DNA of 61,839 nucleotides, filler included, from Sphacelaria rigidula (taxonomy: Eukaryota): NCBI GenBank assembly GCA_964200075.2. It is 9 parts of 9 records of this genome, joined end to end, with 100 filler letters (N's around TTAATTAATTAA, not from the genome) between each part and the next. Parts side by side here need not be neighbours in the genome. Positions count along the whole stretch, not along the records: positions 1 to 6,783 come from CAXNAA020018111.1; positions 6,884 to 13,665 come from CAXNAA020018112.1; 7 more parts are not named here. One strand, 5' to 3'. Each line of letters opens with the position of its first letter. Position 1 is the stretch's first letter. A program made the translations under genes and the position numbers. The notes under the pieces were generated by a model. The model saw only the letters and a list, made by a program, of their open reading frames with translations. It was not told where the DNA came from and searched no databases. Positions 1 through 12,957 of the stretch are shown here, one piece after another.

Positions 1-400
1 TACTTGAGACAGGAGAATTGCGATAGGGCTGGTTCAAGCTTGGCCAGCCGCGTTGAAGAAGGGGAGTTTAGGGCCTTTCACAACCTGGTGAGACCTGCGT
101 GAGCAAGAGACGCTGTTGCCATTGTCGTTTGGTGGCCAAGCGCGTCTTGGTGTATGGAAAGTTGTTGTTTCTTTGATTGAGAAACAACGTCGGTTTTGCT
201 GGGACCGCTGTTGAGCTGTTGAGGTGCTGCTTTGTGATTGTCCACTCTGTACACATGTCGTGGTGGCTCGGCGCTGGATGAGAGGCGTGGAGGCAGCGCC
301 AAAGCCTGTTTGACTGTTCAAAATCATGAGGCGCAGCAAAATGTCATCTTCGATGGACGTGTTGTTCCCGTACTGGGGCTGGAGGTGCCGTGCCACTGCG
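1..400 (+). mobile_element. 5' (leader/gag-proximal) fragment of the gypsy-like LTR retrotransposon family in contig 1
   Basis: The reverse complement of ~60-175 aligns with ~2955-3075 (shared block CAAGACGCGCTTGGCCACCAAACGAC), so this is a second copy of the upstream region of the minus-strand element. Boundaries approximate. Confidence 0.6.
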
Positions 401-519
401 GCACTTTTTTGAGCGAGAAGTCAGCCGAGGTACGTCAGAGCGTGACAACTCAGACATCATTGGTGCCTGATGGTAAAACCAACCACGTGCTAGTTCAAAC
501 ACGTGACAACCCATACAAA

Positions 520-3350
520 AACATGCCACGGTCAAAGATGAGTGATGCATGCGCGCGTGATTTCTTTATCTATAACCACCAAAAGCACTCGCGTCATACC
601 TACTCACATACGACGAGCCAACGCATTTCATATCTTACAGCTTATTTTTACGCTAACAGCAGCAATCCATACATCCCGCAGCCAGGGATTCGACTGTGTT
701 CCTGCGCAAACAACATTATTCGAGCTTCTCTTCATTCAGCATACAGCATTATATTGAAAATTGCCCCACCCTAGTTCATCACCAGGTACCATTCATATCA
801 GTATTATCCGAGCAAATATTCGCACATGCCTGTCGAAATTCCACTTTGCATATGAAAATCCGCACATGCATGCCAATATTTCACTCAGCACATGCAATGC
901 CACCTTCCTCGCAGCAAACACCATGCATCGCCCGTGCCAACCAAATTAGCATAACACACACACATGCCAAATATCCACCTGTACGCGAGAGTTTCACCCT
1001 GCACACGCGATACGATCATGCTCGCTTGACAACCATTTTTCATGCGCAAACATTACCACAAACCACACAATAACAAGCTGCAATCATTCTTAAAACGATT
1101 TGCAAATACCAGTCATAATGTGTGCCCTCATTCTCAACAAGCACTCAATCGCCTCAGCACTTGCTCCTCAACATCAGCACCAAACTCCGCGCTCAACACA
1201 ACAGCGAACCCCTCAGGTCATGCCTTCTTCGTAGTCCTCCAGCCCGCTCCTGAGAAACAGCAACACTCGAACCACGACCCCGTGCACAGCGTAGAGCAGC
1301 GTTTACACTCGAACACTCCCTCCTTGCACCATGAGTCCAGGTACAGCCCGCATACTCGTGGAGCCGCTCAGCTTGCCACTAAACGGTATATCCGTACCGC
1401 CAAACCAATGCGACAGACCATCTGCCGCCACAGATACCATGGCAGTACTGAATACCTGTGCTCCAGTCAGTTTTACATAGGAAACGAGAGGCGAAACGGG
1501 AACAGCTACACAGTCCCGCACAGCAACACCTCCTGATGCCACACTATCCTCCTCAAACACCCCGCGGCGCATCAGTGGAGACACCTCCACCATCGCCGCC
1601 AAACAGGCCAAACCTGTCCATGTGAACAACAATGCACACGACCACCGCAACACCACGCGACACTCGTCGTAGACGTCAGAATTGCGATCGCTAACAGGAT
1701 CACGAGGTTACAGCTCGCTCTGCGTACCCGCTTCATGCGGATCACACGCCCCTGTTGTTTCGATCATACAAGGCGCGTCCACAGCTACGCACTGGTCCGG
1801 GGGCAATTCCGCCAACCCAGCATCCACCTGTCCTTCAAGCAGACATCCCTGCGAACCATCTGAACGATCTCCTGCCAATGTCACTGGCGCAGATAGATTC
1901 ACCATAAGCACGGCAAACTCCTTGCTCACCCTGCTCGCTCGCAATACGCGAATAATCCCCTCTGCAGCTTCGAGCATGCAAGGAGTATCTCCAGCTACGC
2001 GCTGGTCCGGCGGCAACAGGCAACTGGGACCTCCGCCCACCAGTACTTACTCATTGGCCCATGTAGGCCTGGCCCTCTCAACATCGCCAACAGCAGCAGC
2101 AGTATCACCCATACTCGCTACAGCCGCCACCTCCTGTCCGGCTTGCTCCTTGACGGCAACATCGGCAACGCCTTTAGCGCTCTCGTGCCTATCCTCTCGG
2201 ACTAGCGATGGCTGTGTGACTTGTTCACCTCTGCCACCAGCACTGCCAGCGACTGCTAATTCAGCACCAACTACTGTACTCTCCCTGTTCTTGCTGCCCA
2301 GTGCGCCTCTTCGGACAGACACATGCGTCGTCACCTTCTCGCCCTTCAAAGTGGCACTACATTGTTGCTTCAGTCGCGGGCGAGCTGTTTCTACTACTGC
2401 ACGCTCAGCAGCCGCACTCGTGTGCCTTCGCACTCGGACAGGCCCATGTTGTGTCGCCTTCTTGCCCGTCAAAATGTCGTGCCTGTCTCCACCGACGCCG
2501 AGCTTCGCACTATCTTGAGCAACACTCGGCGATGCATAAGATCCATGCTTGCGCAGCGCAAAGAGCAGTTGCTCGTGCCCAACATCATTCGCACCATCCA
2601 AAAATGTGTCACATAGACAGTCCTCGATATGTGCGGGCATGAGAGGTCAGAGACAGCTGGCTCCTCGACAACGTGCCAGCGTGCTTGACGCGCGTTCGTC
2701 GCGTGCACCTCACAAAGGTAGTTCTCATACTTCCGCAGAAATTGAGCAGATTTTTCACTTGAGAACTTGCGACCGTAGTAGGGCATATCCAGAAATCATA
2801 CACGGACAGTATAACCATCGATGCCAACATATTGTTGCGGCGCATGAACAACATGGCCGTCCACCACGACATACTCCTGCACCTCGTACTTTTCGGTCAG
2901 CAGTACAGCACTCCACACCGCCTTTTCTTAGAAACGAAGTCGCCTCCCACTCACAGGAACAACAAGTCTCTCCTTACATCAAGACGCGCTTGGCCACCAA
3001 ACGACTATGGCCACAGCCCCTCTTCCTCACGCGGGTCTGTCTCACCACGTGTTTGACGTCCTTAGACCCCTCTTCCTGACCGTACTTGGCCAAGCGTGGA
3101 TGAAGCAACTCTTGTTGGCTCCAACAGGCATGATTGCGCCGCTTCCTGGAACGCTCACGGGCTCGCCAGCTGCCGATCGATCCCCCGCACCTCACGCACG
3201 AGCGATACCACACAGCCCGCCCTAGCACTGCCTCAGAACCTCCTCGGCTCTGCTTCTCCAACTCCTTGCGACGATAGCACGCCTTGAGCTGGCTTGTTTG
3301 CCGCAAACTGATCAGGCCTGCAGACATCCCTATCTTGAAGTGTCAGCTGC
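520..3350 (-). mobile_element. Decayed, internally deleted Ty3/gypsy-like LTR retrotransposon (minus-strand copy)
   Basis: ~540-1280 is a diverged reverse complement of ~6190-6783, the 3' end of the plus-strand copy. Broken gag-like frames lie at 2047-2786. A chromodomain-like remnant (GLEDYEEGMT*) lies near 1215-1250. Multiple stops and frameshifts; boundaries approximate. Confidence 0.6.
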
Positions 3351-4290
3351 TTTTAAGCGGATCTACCACCTTTCAGCGGACTTAATGAACGTTCATCATA
3401 GACTTCTGTCTCTCAAAATCAGATTGCCATGTGGACTCCTCCCATCACGGGCACATGGACTTCAGCAGCTTTAGTTATTCATGTATTAATCCTCAGCATA
3501 GTACGGGAGATGTAGAGTAGTCCACCTCCAGTACACGTACGTGTAGGTTCATGATGGTGTACAAGTGGAACAATCTGCTGTAGGCGTTTTCTATTGGTTG
3601 ATGGACTTGCGGGTCTGATCGGCAGACTATGTGGATTTGAACATCACATGGTTCACGCATGTGGTTACTTCTGATAACGAAGGCTGTGTGTTTATGAATA
3701 ACAACTGTCTTGAAGTCTCCAGGCCCTAGTGAGGGAGAAAGGCCTTGGAGCAATCTTGTGACCTTGTTCTGAGTCCAGAAGGGCTCTATAATAAACGTTT
3801 ATGAAGAGTAATCCGCTGGTTTCTGAAAAAAGTTAATCAGCTGTGGGCAGCTACGGGGAAATTATATCAGACGATGTACACAGGAGTGTGCACACTGTAA
3901 CGTGAGGGAGCTCACTGACAACGTAGTGACGGTGAGCAGACAAAGGCTGGTGACAAGCAGCAACAACAACTGAAGCTGTCGCAGGGCCCTGGACAAGTGC
4001 CTCCCAGAGGGGGCACGAGTCCCGCCCCTACAAGGGCTGTATTTTCAGCCGATGGACAAAGTGCTCCCAGCGGGGGGGTGACGTTGCCACCAGAACCGGT
4101 CGCTTCTACTGGTGGCGTGCAGCAGACCATGTCATCGCACTCGTTCCCGGGTTCGAAATCTGAGGCGGTGCCAGCATGGAGATCGCTCGAAGCGGGTGAG
4201 GTGTCAGGTTTTCAATCTGAGGGTCTGCGAGTAGATAGCAAGAAGAGGTGGCGTCTTGCCGACTTGTCTGTCCTGAGTGCAGGGGCGAAG

Positions 4291-4703
4291 AACAGAAGAT
4301 TCTATAAAATAAGATTCATCAATGAAATGAGGTTCGAGCTCAAAACAGTACTTTCTCCACGCTTTCAGCGATGGTGTCCAATGACTTTCTTGTCGGCCTT
4401 ATGCCCCTCGATCGCGTAGATACTTCTTCAGCGCATTTTATCGAGTCTGTGAGCTTACAGCGCTGTCCGAAACCACCATTTTTACAAATTTTTCAGGGAG
4501 GGGTAATATCAGGGAAAACAGCAGTTTCGGTCAGCGCTTTAAGCTCACAGAGTCGGTAAAATGCGTGGAAAAGTATCTACGCGATCAAGGAGCATGAGGC
4601 CGACAAAAACGTTATCGGGCACCATCGCTGAAAGTGTGGAGAAAGTACTGTTTGGGGCTCGAACCTCGTTACATTGATACCTCATTTTATAGAATCCTCT
4701 GTT
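4291..4703. mobile_element. MITE with ~135-bp terminal inverted repeats inserted in the gypsy pol gene
   Basis: 4291-4425 (AACAGAAGATTCTATAAAAT...GATCGCGTAGATACTT) is the reverse complement of 4571-4703 with scattered mismatches; TSD not clear. Confidence 0.85.
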
Positions 4704-4719
4704 ACAGGATGTTTGTCCG

Positions 4720-5586
4720 GTCAAGGCTATTTTAGACTCGGGATCTGGAATTACGACCATGTCAGTGGGTGTGGGTGTAGCGGCGAAATTGCAAGCTATG
4801 ATTCCAGATGTTCGAGTGGTCATACCGATGGTTGATGGACAGCTGGTGACACTGGCTAACGGCAATGTTGAGCGCGTGAAACAGAAAACTTGCCCTGTCC
4901 GAACCGCTTTACACACCAGCTGGGGACCGGTTGTGCTGGACCCATGCTCATATGTGGTCATGCTGAGTACAGATGATGTGATCATCATAGGGAGCCCTAC
5001 GCTGGAGGCGCTGGGCATTGTCGTGTACAGTAGCTTAGGTGCCTGTGCACGTGCAAGAAACACTTCGGTGCGAGATGTAAACACGGCTGATTCTACCGAC
5101 TGTTGGCGTGTCAGTACCGCGGTTGACGTTTTACAGCAACCAGGAGGTCGGGCGGAGCCCGTTTATTCCTCAGTCAAGCGGTTGTTGTCGAGAAGTCCGG
5201 CGATGAGCATATCCCCGGAACAAGAGCTTGCTGAGCTTGATGTTGCACCGGAGGAGGCAGTACAAGCCGCCACGGGTAACAGCATATCAAATAGCGTCGT
5301 GAGCCAGATTCGTGAGCCTGTACGGAAGAGAGCGAGCATTTTCAGGCGAGTGCTGCACGGTTGTCCGCCTGCTCGCGTCGAGCCCTTGAAGGTGAAATTC
5401 AAACCTGCTGCTGTGGAGGCAAAGGCTCGGCCGAGGGCGTACTTCCCGGTCAGGATGGCGTGGTTGGCACGCTGCATCGCAACATTGGTGGCGCTCGGAC
5501 TCGTGTACCGCAGCTTGCAGGTAGAGTGGGCGAGAGCGGCGATTGCAACGCCCGATGAGTCCTGTTTTCGCTGGATGAGTGCATGA
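4720..5586 (+). pseudogene. Retrotransposon aspartic protease plus truncated RT N-terminus
   Basis: LDSG catalytic motif at 4732-4743, continuous with ORF 4759..5586; ends in a stop before the RT catalytic motifs. Confidence 0.75.
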
Positions 5587-5733
5587 AAGGTGGGGGAGGA
5601 AGTTTCCCGCCACCACAAGGAGGTGGTGCATGGTGCTCGCCCTCGGAAGGTTTTTCATTTCAATTTTCTCAGTGTTGGCGAGGGTGGTCCGCTGGGAGAT
5701 AATGGCTTGGAAAAAGGAGATCGGTTCAAGTAG

Positions 5734-6108
5734 ATGTTGGTAAGGATGGATGACCCGGGCGACTTCGTGCGGTTAGAGCCCGCGGAGTCTTGTACGGCGG
5801 CAACGACGGTGAAGCATCTGTTGACATGGTGCAAAGCGCTGGGGCCGCAGGAGGGATGGGTCAGCGATACGGTATCGCAATATGAGAATCGTGTGGTGAG
5901 AGTGCTCAAGAAGGCGCTGATGGATCGCAGATTCGTGGTGGCCAACTCGCAGTTGTCACATCGTGAATGTGAGCGAAAGGTGTGTGACATTGTTCGTACC
6001 TTGAAGGTCACAATGCAGACGGGAAGACGCGATGCCAACGCCTGGGTGGGTTTGGTACCTGCCGTGCAGTGGGTGGGCATTGCACACTGGTTTTCGGGAC
6101 AGCTGTGA
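5734..6108 (+). pseudogene. Degenerate retroviral-type integrase core (rve)
   Basis: MDD (end of the third beta-strand region), WVSDT (second catalytic Asp) and ECER (catalytic Glu) are in the expected spacing; premature stop. Confidence 0.7.
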
Positions 6109-6783
6109 GAGCTGTAGCTGCATGTATGATGCGAGGAGCGACTGTTGGAGTGGAAATGCTACTCTACGGTGTGGACGAGATTGTAGCCGGAGAGCTGCTG
6201 CTTTTCAGGAGGAGCGCAGGAGAATTACAAGGCAGGCATTGCCTGAGGTGCTCGAGGTCGCGGTGAGCGCCGGGTTGGGTGATGTTAAGGAGCAAGTAAT
6301 AGTGGACTTGCTTGTTGAGAATGAGGAAGCACAGTGTGACTTGTATACCTGAATCGTTTTGTGGACGATTGTAGGTGGTGGTATTGTGGTTTCTGGACTT
6401 GTCTGTTGTGTTGCGCTGGTTGGCACGCATGATACATGGTGGTTTCTGCAAAGAAGTTGCTGAGTGAAATATGAGCATGCAGGTGTGACTGATGTGCATG
6501 GTGTCTGATGAAGAGTCAGAGTGAGGCAGTTTTCGATTCACTGCTGTGTGCTGAATGAAATAAAGCTCGTATATTATTGTTCGCGCATGAAGTGGAATCA
6601 TCTTTGTGCGGTTTGCAGAAAGTGACTGTAGAAGATGGTGATTGCTGCTGCTGGCGTGAAAATGAGCGGAAACTATGAAATGCATAGGCTTGTATGTGAA
6701 CAAGTATAACGTGAGTATTTCCAGAGGTTGACCATAAAAGAAATCGTGCGCGAATACAGTGATCTTTTATTGTGATACATCTT

Positions 6784-6883
6784 NNNNNNNNNNNNNNNNN
6801 NNNNNNNNNNNNNNNNNNNNNNNNNNNTTAATTAATTAANNNNNNNNNNNNNNNNNNNNNNNNNNNNNNNNNNNNNNNNNNNN
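6784..6883. other. Artificial contig spacer (also 13666-13765, 20548-20647, 27430-27529, 34312-34411, 41194-41293, 48076-48175, 54958-55057)
   Basis: Identical N44-TTAATTAATTAA-N44 linker with stops in all six frames, recurring every 6882 nt. Confidence 0.99.
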
Positions 6884-8109
6884 CTTCCCTGCAATGGAGG
6901 GATGGGACTTCAACCTCATATTTTGTTTCAACCCCAAAAATTAGGATCGGCTGTTATAAGGAGACTGCTGTTGCACTGAAAGTTGCGAGATTCGCCAACG
7001 GTCGCACAGCAGCAGTAACAACAACAGCCTGCGACGAAATACTCAAGATGGAAATGGTCGATAGGGTCGCCCCCTTTGCTCTCTGTAGAGGGCAGCTGTT
7101 GTTGTGTACCTCCTGTACATACATTCTCTGCCTTGTTTCTGAGCTATTTTTCTCCTGTTCTTTCCCCGCACCTTCCGCTTTCCTTCTCCCTTATTTTCTC
7201 TTACTTTTTCCCTCGCTCCCTGTTCTTCTCTTACTTCATATTACTTCTGATTTTGAAAACATGCTCGTGAGATCAGGAACGAATCGTCGTTTTCGGAACG
7301 GGTCCGGTGTCGATTGGGGGCACATGGCCGCCGATCAATTTCAGGCAGATATTTTGAAGACGTGTGTTTCTTTTTCGTTGAGAGCTTGCAAACAGAAGAG
7401 GAAAAAACATGATTTTGTTTCAACAGCGATGGGGAGTAGCGGCGGTGCCAAACCAAGAGAGAGAGACAGTACCTTAGTCCCTCTTTGTATCCTACACTAG
7501 AGGCCTCTGTGTGCTGTCAGCAGCCAGCATTGGGGCGTGGGGCATAAGGGGCAGGCTGCTAGCACGACATGTCTTGTACGAGCAGAACAACCCTGGGCGT
7601 CTGCAGATAGATGTCCTTCAAATCATTCCTATCTCCTCCAACATGCCCAATGATCCGCAGAGGTCGGATCTTCATATACAATCGTTCAAGGGCAGGCCGG
7701 GTCAGTAGACTTAGATTTCACCACTTGGTTGGGGTTTGTTGGTCCGACTTGGGTATAGTGTGGACACCGACATCTGGATCTCAAATAGAAGCTGTGCTCC
7801 TAGCATGCTCCTAGCGCGCACAGAAAGCACGCTCGTCTAAATTGGTGCCTACGACGCCGATTTGAGGTCTAGCAACGCAACCTTTGCCTCGAAAATACTT
7901 TGCATCCGTATTGCCCGAGGGTTCTCGGTATGCCTCCGTTGGGGTGAAGGTTAGGTTGAGGGTGAGGGTTAGGGTTAGAGTTGGAATGATAAATTTCCGG
8001 GAAAGTTCTCACCCCCACCAGGTGGTCAACTAACCTCGGTCGGGTAGGGTATACCCAACACTTTGGTGTTTTGTTACGTCCAATACACCAGGAGCTATCC
8101 GGTGTCAAG

Positions 8110-8345
8110 GCAAACATGCGTAGCTCACGAAGCTCTTGTAGCTCACGAAGCTCTTGTAGCTCACGAAGGGAAAACATATATGGATGAGCTACGCTCGATA
8201 GCTCTTCCATAGCAAACATGCGTGTGTAGCTCACGCAGCTCTTTAAGCTCACCCGGGGAAAACATGAGCGGATGGACTGCATCCGGTAGCTCACCCCAGG
8301 AACACATGCTCACAGCTCACTTACGCCATATGCCTAGCTCACCGC
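8110..8345. repeat. AGCTCAC motif cluster including an 18-bp tandem repeat (GTAGCTCACGAAGCTCTT)
   Basis: About 2.7 exact copies from 8120, plus further AGCTCAC and AAACATG motifs. Confidence 0.8.
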
Positions 8346-9815
8346 TGGCTAACCCGGTGTCGCTCATGGTGTGAAATTCTTGTTCGAATGGATGGCGGAA
8401 AACATCATTTAGTTGTGGTGTTCTGCCTCGCTCTTCGCGGTGGGAAGAGAAGAAGTCCACATGAATCCTCGTTCGCCAGGTCGAACGGCTTAACACAATA
8501 TTATACTCGGTGTCTCCCATGAGCGTGCAATTCGTTTCATTTTCGTAAGGTGTCTCGGGAGGTACATGAAGAAGAAAATGTACACAACGACGAGGCTCAA
8601 TAGAACATCGAAATTAAGAAAAAGAAAACAACGTCGTCACTAGACCTTCAGCGGAGCTGACAGCAAGCCAAAACAAAACAGCGAGTACACAGGAAGAGCA
8701 CGCCTGACGTAAGCTTAGCTTGAAGCCCCGTGTTCGCAGTAAGATAAGCTGGGTCCCCAACCAAGGAGGTTGGTTCCCCAGACGTTGTTTTTAGGAATTA
8801 TTAAACGTGATCGGGGATCACCCGTGGAATCGACATCATTTTCACTTAAAGGCAAGTGTAGAAGCGGGAAGGCTCACCGTGGCGGTTAAAGGGTCAAGGC
8901 GCATTCCATACGGCCGCGGTGTCAACGGCACTTTTCACCGATTGTTCCATTTTTTACTGGAACAAGTGGGAAAAACGTCAGTGCCATTATGAGCATTTCG
9001 GGCTCAACAACAATTAACAACTTCGCTAGATTAAGAGAGCGTAGCTTTTGATTGAAAGTCAGCTTTGAATAGGGATGCGTTGATTCATGTGTTTCTATTA
9101 AAGGGTGAAATATTGACACTTGAGAATGTCGGGTACAGAGACGTCGGTTCAACAGATCATCCACCCTAGCGATCAAAGGCTTAACTCGAATTACTTTGCG
9201 GAACACGCGCAGATTTAGAATCGTTAACTATTCGAACAAATACAGGGAGTAATCCATTCTGTTGAACGAACGATAAAAAAGATGAACGAGGATATCAATC
9301 ATGAAAGCATTCCTCTCATTAATGAGCCGCCGTGCATTGAGAAGATTATGACTACACGTCGCACATAATGGCCTGCGCTTTAAACGCGTTCTTGCGCTTA
9401 CATCTCGAACGCGAGTGCAGGGTATTGAAGTGCCGCGACTTCGAAGAATCGTACGTCGACGTTTGTCTGCTTTCGGATATATCCAACGACTAACTGTTCA
9501 GAATGTCAACCCTTTGACCGCCAGTGTTGGTAATCAGGGACGCGCAATGACGTTTCAAGTGAAAATGATGCCGATTCCACAAACAGCTAAAATGCCAACT
9601 CCCAATCATAAGCTTGATTCTCGATCTGGCGAAAAATGTTACTCACGACCCACATTTCACATTCAATCCCATTGTTTTGCAACGACAGCAGCACAAGCGT
9701 CCGATACCATCACCACCCCCACTAGCAAAAATGTTACATCCCCAGCGCGGTCGGTGCTACGTCGTCGTCGTGTGTGCACCATCGGGGCTGTGGGCGCGCC
9801 AAACTGCATAAAATA

Positions 9816-10593
9816 GATTGCCCTGTGTCCAGGGCGCTTTCAATTTCGATTTATTCCGGTGCTTGTGACGTTGCCGTCTCGGATTTCGACGGTGAATCCG
9901 GAGTGGTCTCGGCTTGTTCCTTCTGCTCTAAAAGGAAGGCCTGCTCATAACTTATTTTGTACTTAGACGTGGTATTTATCTCCTTACGGTAGGTAGTGGA
10001 GGGACTGGTGGACTCGTTTCAGTACCAAAACGCCTAGGTATCATCATGTGAATGGTTTGTTTTGTGTCTCGTTCGAATCACGTGTTTTATGCTAATAGTA
10101 AAAACTGCCTGTACTGCAGTATGATTGCGTCCTTGCATTCCTTGACAAAAACAACGCTTCTCGCGCTTCGTACACAGTTCATGATAACCGGAGCATGTCG
10201 GGTGGCTTCTATATCGTGCATATATATCCGTTTTTGAAGTGGTACGATATACTATTCGGTACAACACACTGCATGCGGGAGTACTACCAGTAGATCGAGA
10301 AAAAAACTGGTTCACCACAGCTCCAAGTGCAACAACGATGGACTCGCTGGAATCTCTTCTGCGTGTTTTCGAATAAAACGTGATGAAACATGAGGAGCAC
10401 TACCATGACGGGCTGCCACAGGGGAGTACAGCACTTTAGTGCACAAGCGCGCTGGCACGATGTCGGCAACACGGGAAAGCGTGCTCGCATTAGCTCGCGC
10501 TACAAGTAGCGCGCGTGCTGCTCGAAAATAACGCCCTGCACGCATGTAATTTGATTCGATACCTTATTATATTGAATTCGATGCAGAGGTTAG
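9816..10593 (+). repeat. Long direct repeat, copy 1 (copy 2 at ~11788-12292)
   Basis: Collinear identity from GATTGCCCTGTGTCCAGGGCGCTTTC to GAATT..ATGCAGAGGT; copy 1 has an extra ~235 bp at ~10174-10408. Confidence 0.9.
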
Positions 10594-11644
10594 TTACCCT
10601 ATGGGTGCTGAGCCGACTCTGCATACGAACCGCAGCGTGACGCGTTCGCCGGTACTACCTGCTCACTGCATAGCGGTGGGGTGCAGGGTGACAAAGCACA
10701 CCGCAGGACATCACATCCTCAGCCTATCCCTGTCCTGCATTGATTTCGCGTTGTCCTATGCAGTTCGCCACATCATGGACGTAACCGGTTGTATCGCGGC
10801 CGACGTGTACGAAGGATATCACGCTTCGCTACGCGCTATTTTTCGACATCACATTTTGTAAAGCTGTCCGTGTTGCAGTTACAGCGTGCGTTTGCCCCGG
10901 GTGGCGCACGAAGGAGTCAAAGGCCGCGCCTTCGCCGCTGTAATGGCTACCTGTATCTTGGGCGAAGCTGTATGGTAACACAGCCGCGGCCGATGCGCAT
11001 ACATTTACCGAAAGGTGGAGACGGGCGTCCAGAATAGATGGGACGACAACACACTGACTTTGCGCAATACACTTCCAACAACGTGTTCGTACTGACTGTA
11101 GAAATCTTCCGTCCACGAATAGGCACATTTCCATGTCCATACATAATGCAGGGTCTGGTACATCTCGACTTATAATGTGACGGACGATCTGGCGTATTTC
11201 GACCTGTACATGTATGTGATGTCTATAAAAAATCCACAACATCCCGGCGAACTGCAGGTGAGGCGCAATCGCCGATATTCACCTGCAAACTCTGCTCCAG
11301 TGCACTGTACGTTGACATCGCTAGAAGGACACTACCACAACCAACTCGCCGGCTGCCAGGCAATCACAGATTGTCAGGACGCAGAATTCGCTCGCATTGC
11401 TCCTGTCTGTACGGTGGTGTTGCCCCCTTGTCAGGTACGTTTTGGAGCATGATACTAGATGAAGGTCATCCTTGTACATGGGCACCAAACGCTGGGGGTT
11501 CTCACTCAAGACTTCGATTTGGAGAATCATACTAGGTTGACAGCGGCAACCGCTGTGTGTCCAGGTCCCTCTTGGAGCAGGATGCGTTTGGTGTCTGTTT
11601 GACGAAGTTATCCCCAAAAACCCGAAATCGATAGGGGTTTTAGA

Positions 11645-11740
11645 CGGGAAAAACCTAGCAAAAAACTATCGCAAGAATCCGATCGCAAGAATCAGGTCGC
11701 AAAAATCCTGACGCAAAAACGGAGTCGCAAAAAATCAGTT
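11645..11740 (+). repeat. ~13-bp degenerate tandem repeat (TCGCAARAATC)
   Basis: Five to six consecutive CGCAARAA units. Confidence 0.75.
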
Positions 11741-11787
11741 AGTCGAATTTCTACCCGCAGCAGAAACCAACTTCACTTTGTGAATAT

Positions 11788-12292
11788 GATTGCTCTGTGT
11801 CCAGGGCGCTTTCATTTTCAACTTACTTTTGTGTTTGGGACGTTGCCGTCCCGGATGTCGGCGGTGAATCCGGAGTGGTCTCGGCTGGGCCCTCTAGTCT
11901 AAAAGGAAGACTTGCTCATAACTTGTTAATTATTTAGACGTGGTATTTATCTCCTTACGGTAGGTAGTGGAGAGACTGGTGAACTCGTTTCAGTACCAAA
12001 ACGCCCAGGTATCATCATGTGAATGGTTTGTTTTGTGTCTCGTTCGAATCACGTGTTGTATGAAAAACTACCTGTACTGCAGTATGGTTGCGTCCTTGCA
12101 TTCCTTGCCAAAAACTATGGTCCCCGCGCCTCGTATGGGCTGCCACAGGAGAGTACAACGCTGTAGTGCACAAGCGCGCTGGCACGGTGTCAGCAACACG
12201 GAAACGCTAGCGCGCGCGCTTCTCGAAAATAACGCGCTCCGCCCGTGTAATGTAATTCCGTGCGTTTTGTTGAATTTCAATGCAGAGGTCAG
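11788..12292 (+). repeat. Long direct repeat, copy 2
   Basis: Includes the identical block TTAGACGTGGTATTTATCTCCTTACGGTAGGTAGTGGAG shared with copy 1. Confidence 0.9.
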
Positions 12293-12582
12293 GGCCCGTG
12301 TTATCGAGTCCAAAAATGTGGGAGCGCGACGTGATAGTGATAGTGATTGTGGCGGTTGTGGGGATTTGTGTTTTTCATTATTCCGATGGTTGTGATTTGA
12401 TGCCACATTCCCACCTCCCCCAAAATCACTCTCACGAAAATTAATCTTTTGGGAATTATTTTTTGTGAGAGCGGATGGACATTTGCGTGAGAATGCGAAC
12501 AGCAACGTCACATAGTTGCAAGGCGTGGGCTGTTATACTCTTCATGGGACAGACGGTTGGCTTCCCGTCACTAGCATGAGCC

Positions 12583-12904
12583 ACGCTGGCTTCAATCCCA
12601 TCACCAGTAGTGGCCACGCGTGGGGGACACACTCCACGTGCACAGCTCCCACAGAGAGATGCTTACAGCTATATCCCCCAGAATAGCTGAGTTAGCAAGC
12701 ATAAATCCCTCGGCGAGTCAAACGTACTAGCGCTGTCCAACTCGGTGGCGATCACTCGCAAGGTGCATGGGTGTTGTTGCACGGTCGAAACACGGACCGT
12801 CTACAATCAAGAGCAGCAGAAGCAGCAGCAGCAGCAGCAGCAGCAGCATCGGCAGCGGCTGATTCAGACCCACCCCCAACCGTACTCACATACTGGCAAT
12901 AAAG

Positions 12905-12957
<53 letters not shown>

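Larger units (their letters stand above)
3450..6783 (+). mobile_element. Decayed Ty3/gypsy-like LTR retrotransposon (protease, start of RT, integrase core, 3' end)
   Basis: Order PR-RT-INT is gypsy-type. Aspartic protease motif VKAILDSGSGITTMS is in frame just upstream of ORF 4759. RT N-terminus-like ARPRAY..WL..LVALGLV..W..A..P lies at ~5425-5580. Integrase core-like LVRMDD..WCKALG..WVSDT..CER lies at 5734-6108. Most of RT and RNase H are deleted. Confidence 0.75.

Noticed and set aside
7440..7850. Possible LINE 3' remnant on the minus strand (RPLRIIGHV)
   Set aside because: One weak motif in broken frames; not supportable without a search.
9885..9955. tRNA-like motifs (CCGGAGTGGTC, CTCATAAC) in the long direct repeat
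   Set aside because: No B box at suitable spacing and no cloverleaf.
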